A stretch of 64,000 bases of DNA from Eukaryota sp. TZLM1-RC (Eukaryota > Protista > Metamonada: BaSk clade). Location: NCBI GenBank assembly GCA_040285825.1, contig JAUPSS010000003.1:496001-560000 (forward strand). The letters are read 5' to 3'. Shown here piece after piece: positions 42,524 to 52,328 of the stretch. Numbering within the stretch: position 1 is the stretch's first letter; each line of letters begins with the position of its first letter. The translations under genes were made by a program, and so were the position numbers. The notes under the pieces are model-generated. The model searched no databases, was not told the origin of the DNA, and was given only the letters and a program-made list of their open reading frames with translations.

Positions 42524-44329
42524 ATGCATGTAGTACAACCTTCTCAATCATGCCCTCATACACAATCTGTTGAAACTCCAACCACTGCTCTTCTTGAGTC
42601 ACTAGTGAATCAAACGTGTTCAGTTTGTGATGCATCAGAGGTTTGGCTCTGTTGTACATGTTTCAGTGTTAATTGCTCCAGATATAAAAACAAACATGCT
42701 CTCCAACATTTCGAGGAAACATCACATCCTATTGCTATATCCTTTTCTGATCTCTCCGTCACTTGTTACCTCTGTGATAATTACATTGTATCGACCCCAA
42801 CATCTAGTATCTTATCAGAGTTACATAACATTAAGTTTGATTATGCTCCCTCCCTCGCATCACTAACTCATCCTGGAGATGATCTTCAGTCACTTCTCTC
42901 TCAACTGTCACTAACTCCAGTCGATCCTAATGTTGCCCGTCTTGTCTCCCTCATTGAAGACAGTTCTAACATTGTAGTTCTTCTTGGAGCAGGGGTCAGT
43001 ACTGCTGCCGGAATTCCTGATTTTAGGTCTGCTGCTGTAGGTCTCTACGCACAAATCTCTCAACAATACCCCGATCTGCCTTCACCCATGAGTATCTTTG
43101 ATTTAGAATATTTCAAATCAAATCCACTTCCATTCTATGATTTGGCCATGCAGATTGTTCCTCACAACATCAAACCAACCGAAACTCATTATTTCGTCTC
43201 TTTATTGAGCCAAATGGACAAACTGTTATGCTGTATCACACAAAACATCGATGGCTTGGAAGAAGTTGCGGGGATTCCAGAAGAAAAGTTAATCACAGCC
43301 CATGGGGACTTTAAAAAGCTTTATTGTGCTTCTTGTGGAAAGAACTACTCTCCCTCTTATTTAAATATTGCATTGGAATATAGAGAACCTTTGTTTTGTA
43401 CACAATCAAATTGTTTTGGAGTGCTAAAACCCAGCGTTGTTTTCTTTGGGGAGCCCTTGCCTTCTGATTTCTCAAAAGCTATTGATTACTGTTCTCAAGC
43501 AGATCTGGTTATCATTATCGGGACTTCACTCAAGGTCTTTCCTTTTGCTGCATTACCATCTCTCGTCAGTCCATCAGCTTCCAAGGTTGTCGTAAATAAG
43601 GAGAGGGTTGATGCATCAGGGTTTGATTTTGATGGAAATGATTCATTTGTTCAAGGGGAAGCTGATGAGGTGTTTGGGAAGGTGATTGATGCTCTTGATT
43701 GGTCATTAAATTTTGAACAGGTCAAAACTCAGTTTGACTTTAATGGAGATTTATTTCACTCCTTCGCGCCCCCTTTCGATCCAATTGTTTTCAAATCTGA
43801 TGATTTAATCTTTGTTCCAGACAACTTTGCACCTTTTCACCTTAACCACGCCCGTTTGGCTGTCCTTCCTTTCGCTAAACTCAAGCTCCCAAGTTGTTTC
43901 AGTGATTGTTCAGTGGAGTTTGAAGAAGAATATACTCCTGAAACTGTCTCCTACCATCAACCCATATCCAATTCTGTTCTGGGAGTGTTAGTAAAGGGAG
44001 ATGTAGAGGTCTTGAAAAAGGAAAAGCAATCGTTTGGTTTGGAATTTCATTGGGTTAAGAGGTACGTTTGGAGTGACAACAGTTGGGCACTTGCTTTTGT
44101 TCCTACCTCAGATAGTTTCAATCATGTAGTGACCGAGTTTGATCCAAAGATTCCTGTTCGTAATGTCTCAGCAAAGAAAGTTGCAAGACTTGCTTTTAAA
44201 TGTCAACATTTGTGGAAATTTATTGGTAGTTATTCCGGCTTACATTGGTCACTGACTTTTAAAGCTATTCTGCCTGTCAATTCAAATGATTTATGTCCAG
44301 TTAATGGAATTTCTGAACTTGACCTGTAA
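42524..44329 (+). CDS. zf-UBP + class I sirtuin (NAD-dependent deacetylase) with C-terminal extension
   Basis: CPH...CSVC...WLCCTCFSVNCSRYKNKHALQH...CYLCDNY (zf-UBP); GAGVSTAAGIPDFRS, TQNIDGLE, AHG, KPSVVFFGE, GTSLKVFPFA. ATG at 42524. Confidence 0.92.
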   Translation: MHVVQPSQSCPHTQSVETPTTALLESLVNQTCSVCDASEVWLCCTCFSVNCSRYKNKHALQHFEETSHPIAISFSDLSVTCYLCDNYIVSTPTSSILSELHNIKFDYAPSLASLTHPGDDLQSLLSQLSLTPVDPNVARLVSLIEDSSNIVVLLGAGVSTAAGIPDFRSAAVGLYAQISQQYPDLPSPMSIFDLEYFKSNPLPFYDLAMQIVPHNIKPTETHYFVSLLSQMDKLLCCITQNIDGLEEVAGIPEEKLITAHGDFKKLYCASCGKNYSPSYLNIALEYREPLFCTQSNCFGVLKPSVVFFGEPLPSDFSKAIDYCSQADLVIIIGTSLKVFPFAALPSLVSPSASKVVVNKERVDASGFDFDGNDSFVQGEADEVFGKVIDALDWSLNFEQVKTQFDFNGDLFHSFAPPFDPIVFKSDDLIFVPDNFAPFHLNHARLAVLPFAKLKLPSCFSDCSVEFEEEYTPETVSYHQPISNSVLGVLVKGDVEVLKKEKQSFGLEFHWVKRYVWSDNSWALAFVPTSDSFNHVVTEFDPKIPVRNVSAKKVARLAFKCQHLWKFIGSYSGLHWSLTFKAILPVNSNDLCPVNGISELDL

Positions 44330-44412
44330 ATACCAATGTGTTGTAAGATAAACTACTTAAACCAATTGTTTATAATTCAAAATATTTATATTAAAACTAC
44401 AATCTCACTTCA

Positions 44413-45057
44413 CTAAGAACTTGTTCCCTCTCCACTGGATTCCTCTTCAGAAGCAGGCGGGGGTAGCCGTGCTGGATGGCGAACCTTGAATCCACATATC
44501 TTTGGCACATAGACCTCTGTACTTGGAGCAGGTCTGTATTGAGGTTTAACAATGTAGAACAAATGGGGAAATGCAGTTCCCCAAAAGGCACCGTCTGCGT
44601 TTCTGTGTTTGCATGTGGGGGTTCTATAAACTCTGTTGCAACGTGCACAGTATAATTGAACAGAAGCCTGGCCGATAGTGTCTGTAATACCTAAAGGAAG
44701 GAGGTATTGTCCTTCACAGTATACACGGGAGCACATTCCAAAGTCACCATTATCGTACTTGGCGGCCATCTTAGTGATCCCCATATTTGTAATGATAAAG
44801 CGTGCGTGAATCAGCCCATATAAGAGTCGAGCAGACTCTGCAAGTTGAAATTGTTTGTCTTCTGGTAGATTGAATACATCAAGTCGATCAAGAATTATAT
44901 CAAGGGCTGCACGAAAGTTGGGGACTATAGAAGACAGTCCCATTAAGTTGAAATCATCGGCGATATAAGAAGCGTCGATCTCACAAAAGTAGTCATTCCC
45001 ACGTAAGCTACAGAACCACGCTATCCAAGAAGGTTCATTTTCGTCCAAAAAGTCCAT
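44413..45057 (-). CDS. CSNK2B: Casein kinase II regulatory subunit beta
   Basis: SWIAWFCSLRGNDYFCEID, DDFNLMGL, LYGLIHARFI, CSRVYC...CARC, DGAFWGTAFPHLF. Likely ATG at 45057. Confidence 0.95.
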   Translation of the reverse strand: MDFLDENEPSWIAWFCSLRGNDYFCEIDASYIADDFNLMGLSSIVPNFRAALDIILDRLDVFNLPEDKQFQLAESARLLYGLIHARFIITNMGITKMAAKYDNGDFGMCSRVYCEGQYLLPLGITDTIGQASVQLYCARCNRVYRTPTCKHRNADGAFWGTAFPHLFYIVKPQYRPAPSTEVYVPKICGFKVRHPARLPPPASEEESSGEGTSS

Positions 45058-45102
45058 AGAAGGATGAATACTTGAATTGAAAGCGTCAAGAATCTTGATA
45101 TG

Positions 45103-45197
45103 GGGAAATTCCCATAAGTACAGGATCAATTTTCGTGCAGAATAATTACCAAAACTATCTACTACACAGATACTGAGGCCTTTGATTACAACTCATT
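45103..45197 (-). mobile_element. Solo right end of Fanzor family A (candidate stand-alone omega-RNA locus)
   Basis: Reverse complement aatgagttgtaatcaaaggcctcagtatctgtgtagtagatagttttggtaattattctgcacgaaaattgatcctgtacttatgggaatttccc aligns without gaps to 32270-32364, with about 7 substitutions. Confidence 0.9.
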
Positions 45198-45929
45198 TTT
45201 TTAGAAAATAGCCTTTTATTTATAAAATACCGACTGAAAATTCTTCAAATACACAACTGAAGCTCCACATCCTCAAAACCTGTCTCTCCTATATCGAAAC
45301 AGTTAATTACTAAAGATTGAGAAAATTTACTGAAAGAAGAAATTGAATCAGAAATGAAGTTCACCATTTCCTGATAAATAGAAAATGTTGGTTGGAAGAA
45401 TTACAAGGGTCAATGGACATGACATCTAAAATGGTAAAACATTCATTTCAGCCAGGAACAATCAAATCACCTCTTGTCAGAGCCATAGAAGCTCCATTGT
45501 AGCGCGTACTATTATATTAAGGTCATCAAGAATTTTGATAGCAAAGGCTCTAAAAGGGAATATTTGTTTACTGATACTAAAACTCAATCGAATATAGGTG
45601 AACCGTACCACATTGGTTCAGCAGACGAGCCGCTGAATGTTTCGAACTATGGGATTTCTGACACTGAATTTGCATTGTTTTTGCGGTTGATTGAAAAAAC
45701 GTTCATCTTAATGCACTGATTTTTCGATCTGGAAGTTTTGAAACATGAAAGCATTAGTTTAATCTTTATGAGTTCCATGTTTTTTAACCCTTACACGAAG
45801 CCTAAAGCTCTACGTCATCAAACCTTGCATTTCCAGCATCACAATTTATAATTACAGCTTTTGTAAAATAACAAATTGATTTCATCAGTGCTTTGAAAAA
45901 TGAGGGGAAAATTTGTATATGCTAATAAC

Positions 45930-46390
45930 CTTTAATAAGCATTGTTTCTCATCAAAAACACTGAACGTCAAGACAGCCTTACCTCCAGAACCAAGATAAG
46001 AGAAAAAAATGGAGTATCAATTATATTGAGCGTTTTAATTTTCCATCTTTGGCATCTTTATAAAGTTCTCCAGCAAGAAGCAGATTGGATAAATCAGAAT
46101 GAATTAAAGGTCCAATAAAACAATAACAAGTACAAATAGACATGGTATCTGCAATGGCGAAACCTCCATTGACTCAGGATACGCAATTGTAATGAGAACA
46201 CAATCTTCAAGTTTTACCAATAAATAATGTTTTGTCGGGAACATACTTATGCACTTTACTTCTCAATGTAGTGAAATGTTGGAAAATTGTTTAGCCATAA
46301 AAATTATCGGAAACGGTTGTTGAAAGCCACTTGAAATTTTTGCAAAATCGATTAATAATTGAGTCACCAAAAGCATCAGTGGGACTAGAA
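45930..46390 (-). mobile_element. Highly degraded RLE-region remnant of a CRE-like retrotransposon
   Basis: Translation GFAIADTMSI...NLLLAGELYKDAK followed by a PFFSYLGSGGKA-like stretch resembles ILLDVMSV...AENFKFKKY...PFVFSLFG. Confidence 0.5.
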
Positions 46391-46488
46391 CGAATTTCTC
46401 TTAAAAAATAGGTAAACTTTCTTACTCCAACTACTTTCAAGAGGTAATTCTCACTTTGCTGTTCTTGACATTAGTGTGCTTTTAAAAG

Positions 46489-47331
46489 ATGTCAGAGAAT
46501 CAGATCGTCACTCCCGGTGAAATAGTAGCAACAGAAGGTGAGTATCTTCGCGGCCATGGTACCAATCTTAAGGATACCCGTCTTACAGCTTCAGTGGCCG
46601 GTGTTGTACAGCGTCTGAATAAACTTATAACGGTTCATCCTTACAAAACTAGATATCGCGGTGATGTTGGTGACATTGTTGTAGGCAAAGTAGTCGAAGT
46701 CGCTAATAAGCGATGGAAGATCGATGTCGGTGCTCGCCAACATTCTGTTCTAATGCTCTCTGCTATCAATCTCCCTACTTCTGAAGTTCGTAGACGTTCT
46801 GCACTCGATGAACTTAATATGAGGAAGTTTTTTACTGAAAATGACTATGTAACTGCGGAAGTACAGCAAGTGTTCCATGATGGTTCATTAGCACTTCACT
46901 CCAGACGTCGTTATGGCAAGTTGGGTAATGGATTTTGTGCCAAACTTCACCCTTCTCTCATTAAGCGAGCTCCCACACAGATCATTTCTTTACCTGAATT
47001 GGAGTTGGAACTAGTGATGGGTCGTAATGGAGTTGTTTGGATTGGTCCTCTGATCAGCGAAGAACAAAAGAATGCTGCTCTTCAAGGCGTTGGATTTGCC
47101 AATAGAGGACATTATCATTTTCATGGTTATAGTCTTGATATTCAAATTAATGGTGTTGTAAAAAGAAATATGTCATTAGTTCGAAATATTCTATCAGCAC
47201 TGAACTTTAAGTTTTTGATGGTTTCTGAACAAAGTTTACGTTATTGCTTGGGTGTGGTTTGGGATCTGGGAGTTGAACCAAAAGATTTATTGAAAAATGA
47301 TGTTATAGAAAAGATTACTAGTGGGCTGTAG
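46489..47331 (+). CDS. RRP4: Exosome complex component RRP4
   Basis: VTPGE, YLRGHGT, RYRGDVGDIVVG, RWKIDV, LMLSAINLP, YGKLGNG, GRNGVVWI. Confidence 0.95.
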   Translation: MSENQIVTPGEIVATEGEYLRGHGTNLKDTRLTASVAGVVQRLNKLITVHPYKTRYRGDVGDIVVGKVVEVANKRWKIDVGARQHSVLMLSAINLPTSEVRRRSALDELNMRKFFTENDYVTAEVQQVFHDGSLALHSRRRYGKLGNGFCAKLHPSLIKRAPTQIISLPELELELVMGRNGVVWIGPLISEEQKNAALQGVGFANRGHYHFHGYSLDIQINGVVKRNMSLVRNILSALNFKFLMVSEQSLRYCLGVVWDLGVEPKDLLKNDVIEKITSGL

Positions 47332-47686
47332 CGTGGCTTTTAGTGTATTTGTTAGTTGCTTTTGCAGTTTTTAAGTGTGATCATTTTTTTGCTCATTATT
47401 CATCATTATTCACTCATATTATATTATTGTTCACTTTATCTTATTCACTTTATAAAGAACAATTGAAATGATGCATTTAATGCCGGGATGTCTCTTGATT
47501 AATGAATGATGTGCTTCTAAATTCTGGAAACCAAAGACTATTTGAAAAGATACCTTCCTTGGAACACACAACACAACAAGAAAGTGAAAGGGGAAACTAA
47601 AAAAAGCATTTTCAGTTACAAGCATCATTTTTTCACCTATCAAGAAGCACTCATCAAATCTACACTCCACTTAATAAATTTCTTCA

Positions 47687-48724
47687 ATGACATCAGCACC
47701 AGCCCTCTCTAGAGTGTCTACCAACATCCATATAGATCTTTATCTGCCCTACGACGAAGAAGAAGGCCCACCTGACAAAATCCTTGACGCCACAGTTAAC
47801 AACAATGAGTTTCTCATGCGCGAAAACCAACTCTTTGCCTCATTCATACATCGTCATTCATCCCAAGTTTCATCAGCTCTAGAAGAAGAGGAAGGTCAAA
47901 GCAGCTCTGACAAGAGAACTGGTTCTAGACAAAAATCATCCATTCTCACCATGGAACAGAAGCTGGAGGTTGCCAATCGGGAACTGGAAGATACCAAGGA
48001 AGATAAAGACAAGGTTGAGGCCACATCCCAATCAATTTTGGGTCGAATTCATGCGCTCATAAGTGAGGCAAACCTCTGTGCTTCTGATGAAAGAAAAAGT
48101 CTGTTTATGTTTAAAAAGGAAGTTTTGCATTACAGGGAAGGTGATCAGAATTCTCACGAAGTCTCTGCAGAAAAGTTGTTGTCTTTCTACCAAGCAAAAT
48201 TCAAGGAACGCCAAGGTTTGGTTGCAAAGTTAAAAATGAAAAACAGTGGCCTCAAGTCTAGGATTAATAGGGCAAAGAAGCGACTGTCATCAAAGGAAAG
48301 TCTAGGAGAAGGGTTACGTGATATCGATTATGAACAGTTAAAAATAGAAAATAGACAATTTGTTCACCGGCTGGATGAATATAACCAAGATTTAATGAGG
48401 CTAAAGGTTATCACAGGGAGAATTGTTGCTGAGTATAACGATTTAAAAACACAATTAGCTGAAATCTCTTCACACACTACTATTTTAAGTCAAGATTCTG
48501 TCAATAAGCAAGAAGTTTTGAATAGAGTGGCCACTGATATCAATCTTGTTGTAAAAGATCGTGATAAAGAAGACCAAACCGCCCAAATATTAAAAGTCCG
48601 GACCCTTAATGGTGTAGGTCCAACTACCAGCCAGTATATCGACCAAAAGAGAGAGGAGTCAAGGTTGTTAAAGGAAGTGGCTAACCTGGAAAGGAAACTT
48701 GAAATTGCAAGGATACGAAAGTAG
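47687..48724 (+). CDS. CCDC113: Cilia-associated coiled-coil protein CCDC113/CFAP263 (DUF4201)
   Basis: LTMEQKLEVANRELE, LGEGLRDIDYEQLKIEN, LERKLEIA. The paralog CCDC96 is not fully excluded. Confidence 0.75.
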   Translation: MTSAPALSRVSTNIHIDLYLPYDEEEGPPDKILDATVNNNEFLMRENQLFASFIHRHSSQVSSALEEEEGQSSSDKRTGSRQKSSILTMEQKLEVANRELEDTKEDKDKVEATSQSILGRIHALISEANLCASDERKSLFMFKKEVLHYREGDQNSHEVSAEKLLSFYQAKFKERQGLVAKLKMKNSGLKSRINRAKKRLSSKESLGEGLRDIDYEQLKIENRQFVHRLDEYNQDLMRLKVITGRIVAEYNDLKTQLAEISSHTTILSQDSVNKQEVLNRVATDINLVVKDRDKEDQTAQILKVRTLNGVGPTTSQYIDQKREESRLLKEVANLERKLEIARIRK

Positions 48725-48868
48725 TTTTTTTTTTGAAAAATGGTTGCTTGCTCAATATTGAGATTATTGTTTGGTTTTGAATTTGTCTTTTAATTATATA
48801 TTTGTATTTTTATTAAATGAATTAAATTTGTAATTGTTTATAACTATATTTACATAAATGTGATACCA

Positions 48869-50986
48869 TTACTGTTCAAAAGCTTCACTAATCCAGTCTA
48901 TAATGGTGTTCAAGTCTTCAACTTCATTGAGATGCCTCCACTCACCATCATTCTTCCTCTTCTGATCTCTTATTTTGTGTACATTAGGAGTCTCCTTTCC
49001 ATCAAGGGCTCTGTAGTACATGAGACAAACATCCTCCGCCTTTTCTACACCACATTCGATGATAAGGTTATATAAGATTCCAGCCCCACTATTGGAAGGT
49101 TTGAGATTGTATTTAAGTGAAGACCGTGTAGTAGTAGTAGCTCGGCTAGCAGTGGAAAGGTCTTGATTATGGTTAAAAGAGGGTTGAAATTCATCACCCT
49201 CAAAACCATCATAAACTTTGTTAATAATTTCCTCGTCATGAATAAAGAAATAATCATCACCATCAAAATCTCCTCCGGCCAAGTGAAATCCTGTTGGTAC
49301 GATGGTTTCATTGATTGGAAAGACTATAGTATTTAAAGGGGAATTTTCCCTCTTGACAAATTCCAATGGCAGAATATCAGACTTACTGAAACCAGGATAT
49401 CTGTAAAGGAGAGCTTTCCCAATAACAAACCCATCCTCAATTCTCAAGGAAGAGCAATCAGGAGGGTGAAAGTGGGATACCTTCAGGGAAGCTAGACGAA
49501 CATTGGCAAACCAGTGGTTGTCTACCACACCCTTGCAAAAATGAATGCAATCTACCTTGAACTTGGGCTTCTTAGGTTCAGCAAAGACCCAATCTCTTCT
49601 ATGAATCTTTTTCCCGATATTTCGGAAAATAATGTTACGAACCTCACTTTGTAATCCAAACTCGAACAGAAGAAGAGCCAGCATAACGTTCATCTTGGCT
49701 TCCTCCACCTTCGAAAGGTGGAGGACATTGATGAAATTCCTGAGGACATCCACTTTCTGAAACTTCTTCATACTTGGGCGAACAACGAGCTGTCTACCTT
49801 CTAACGAAGGGTCAAGATATAAAACACCCTTAAAGCCTTGAAAGCGGAATTGTAGAGCTTCCACTGTTCGAGGGTCCAGGTCTTCAGCGTTACGATTGGT
49901 CTGCATAAAATTTTGAATGATTTCGTCTAATAGTTGTTGGGAAACTTTGCCGCATCCATCAGTTTGATTGATTGTTACATCACGTGATTCTGTTTCCATA
50001 CGAGGAATAAAAGAATGATGAGTAACAACATCTTCTTCCTCCACCAAATCGAATGGTTTTAAAGAGAAAACTGTTCCGTCAGAAAATAAAAGTTTGAAAT
50101 ATTTTTGAAATTTTGGCAGAGGCAAATGGAAAAAACTTGGAAAAAACTCCAACACCCCCTGAATTGCATCATGTACACTTGCACCAACTGCATAAATGGC
50201 ACCTGTACTCTTTGAGCCACCTCTTCTATCATCAAGGCGCTCTATAAGCGCCACAGATGTCTTGGCGTTAAAACTGAAGTTATTAAAACGAAATAAATTA
50301 AACTCAGCGTTTAGTTCCCCAACAGTACAGACTTCAGGTTTGAAATCTGGCCTGCTAGATTTCTTCTTCTTCAATAACGATCTGCCCACAAGCAGAATAC
50401 CAAGCTGATCGGTGACGGACGCAGCAGCTTCAATGAGCTTATAGTATCTTCTTATTATTCTTATATTCAAATCGTCGGAACCATTGGCGATAGGTTCCAG
50501 ACAGTCTTCTACAACAGGAGGCTGTATAGAGGACATGGTACTGACAGGAGCGGATTCTGGTGAGTTTGGAGGTAATGAGGGGCGAACACTTAAACTTGTA
50601 ATATGTTTATTGATATTCAAAGCATCATAGGCTTCTACTGCGGAGGTATATGGGGTGTTCTCATATCTAATTGTATCAAGGACTTTTTTCGTCCATCGTA
50701 AGGCGTATACACGACTTTGTGAACCAAGGGCTGAAATATTATCGATGAGTTGACCTTGCTGTGTGAAGAGGGAAAAGGTTTTTTTCCCATTACCTGCAGG
50801 GCCTGGTTGTTCGCGAAGCCAGTCATACACAGCCTCAAGTTTTTGCATTTTAGTGATATCAACGGAGTAGGTGTGTTTTACATTACTGAACATATAGGAA
50901 TCTAAAGGAGAGGACTTAAAAACACCAATAATGTCAGCCTTTCGAGAAAGGTTACTAGGAGGCAGAACAAGGTGAAGTTTAACCAT
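48869..50986 (-). CDS. Cellular (RNAi-type, double-psi-barrel) RNA-dependent RNA polymerase, compact (~705 aa)
   Basis: TDGCGKVS, QFRFQGFKGVL, RPSMKKF, YRYPG...DI, IVFP, catalytic LAGGDFDGDDY. First ATG at 50986. Confidence 0.9.
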   Translation of the reverse strand: MVKLHLVLPPSNLSRKADIIGVFKSSPLDSYMFSNVKHTYSVDITKMQKLEAVYDWLREQPGPAGNGKKTFSLFTQQGQLIDNISALGSQSRVYALRWTKKVLDTIRYENTPYTSAVEAYDALNINKHITSLSVRPSLPPNSPESAPVSTMSSIQPPVVEDCLEPIANGSDDLNIRIIRRYYKLIEAAASVTDQLGILLVGRSLLKKKKSSRPDFKPEVCTVGELNAEFNLFRFNNFSFNAKTSVALIERLDDRRGGSKSTGAIYAVGASVHDAIQGVLEFFPSFFHLPLPKFQKYFKLLFSDGTVFSLKPFDLVEEEDVVTHHSFIPRMETESRDVTINQTDGCGKVSQQLLDEIIQNFMQTNRNAEDLDPRTVEALQFRFQGFKGVLYLDPSLEGRQLVVRPSMKKFQKVDVLRNFINVLHLSKVEEAKMNVMLALLLFEFGLQSEVRNIIFRNIGKKIHRRDWVFAEPKKPKFKVDCIHFCKGVVDNHWFANVRLASLKVSHFHPPDCSSLRIEDGFVIGKALLYRYPGFSKSDILPLEFVKRENSPLNTIVFPINETIVPTGFHLAGGDFDGDDYFFIHDEEIINKVYDGFEGDEFQPSFNHNQDLSTASRATTTTRSSLKYNLKPSNSGAGILYNLIIECGVEKAEDVCLMYYRALDGKETPNVHKIRDQKRKNDGEWRHLNEVEDLNTIIDWISEAFEQ

Positions 50987-51954
50987 GAAGTGGAGGAAGA
51001 AGACAAAAATTTGGCAAATGGTATTTTGAAAGTACAAACCACATGGTTGTTTCTTCTTGTAAAAGAGCAAGGAATATTCAATAATCCCAGCAATATTCAA
51101 CAGCTGTGATTTACTGATAATTTATTAATAATGGGCTATATATTACATCATTGAATGCTCTTTTAAAACATCTTTGTTCAACATCATTCTTGTTGATATC
51201 AGCCTTCTCTGTGATTTTTTCTGCTCAACGTTTTCTTTTCGCGTCAGAAGACATACAAGCGATCAACATCTCAAATTGTAATACCATCATCTTCTTGTTC
51301 TTCAGTCATTTTTTATAAGTTTAGTATCAACTTAAACCCGTGTTTCGCAAAGTAGATCAACCTCAGCATGATTCCAGTTACCTGACAGTGACATTGACGC
51401 TTATTTAACTGAAAATTGGAATGTTATCAGTGTTATAACTTACTATGTGTTGAACAACTGTTGTTATTGTAGTGGATTACTTCAAATCATTAAGCCTTGT
51501 AGTGCAAAAAGATGTTCAGAAAATAAGCTGTGAACATGAAATTCCAATAATTTCAATCAATAACTATGAGCAGTTATTGTTTTGTAATGGAATATTCAAT
51601 CCAATAAGTTTGAGCTTGGGTCAAGTCGCTTTACTAATTTTGCTCAACCCAATTTTTTTCCAGATATTTAGTTGTTGAAATAAGTACAAATTTGAATACA
51701 TTCACCAAAAATGCAAAATTACCAAAAGTTCGTTGGATCAGCATTGTACATTGTATGTTTAAAAGTTCAAATTTTAATTTTAAATAATTAATCCATCTCT
51801 TGGATTTAAAATATTATTACAATAATTATTTGAGTTGTCATCCAGGATATGAGCACAATTTATCAGAATATTGCACGAAAACGGGTTCCGCAAAATAGTG
51901 ACTTTTTCAACTTTTTTAACTGATGTTGCTCCACAATGAAACTAGGCTTCAGTT

Positions 51955-52326
51955 TAGATGTATCTTTCCGGTCACAATTCCGCTTTCATCTTTTTTTGAA
52001 TATTTTTTGCAGCGGAAATATCTCTGTCATATACTATTTGACACTCAGTACAAATACGCATCTGCCATGAGCCTGTTTGAATATTCTCGGCCATGCAACA
52101 ACTGGACAGTTTGCTTGTATTAAACTCTCTGGTTGACAAGTGCTTCACGTCCTTTTGACAACACAACCATTTTCTGGAAGCCCTTGCTGATCCATATCGA
52201 TTGATTTTTCAGCAATCAGAAAGGAAATTAGTAGAGCCTTCTGCAAGGTAGAGTTTTTCAGGATGTCCAGCCAGCCTTTGAAATTTGTTGAGCGTCTCTC
52301 TGAACCGTCGCTCTTTTTGTCTGCCG
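51955..52326 (-). mobile_element. Fanzor/TnpB-like family D, 3' remnant
   Basis: RQKERRFRETLNKF...LYLAEGS...TREFNTSKLSSCC...CTECQIVYDRDISAAKNI...L*PERY (RuvC-II Glu, Zn finger, RuvC-III Asp, RP-like tail). Confidence 0.75.
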
Positions 52327-52328
52327 TT

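Noticed and set aside
45058-45129. N-terminal extension of CK2beta in the ORF track (MILYLWEFPH...)
   Set aside because: It starts at a TTG inside the Fanzor solo right end; the conserved protein starts at ATG 45057.
51472-51678. LLFCNGIFN resembling a D5 primase-helicase motif
   Set aside because: Too short, with no supporting SF3 helicase motifs nearby.
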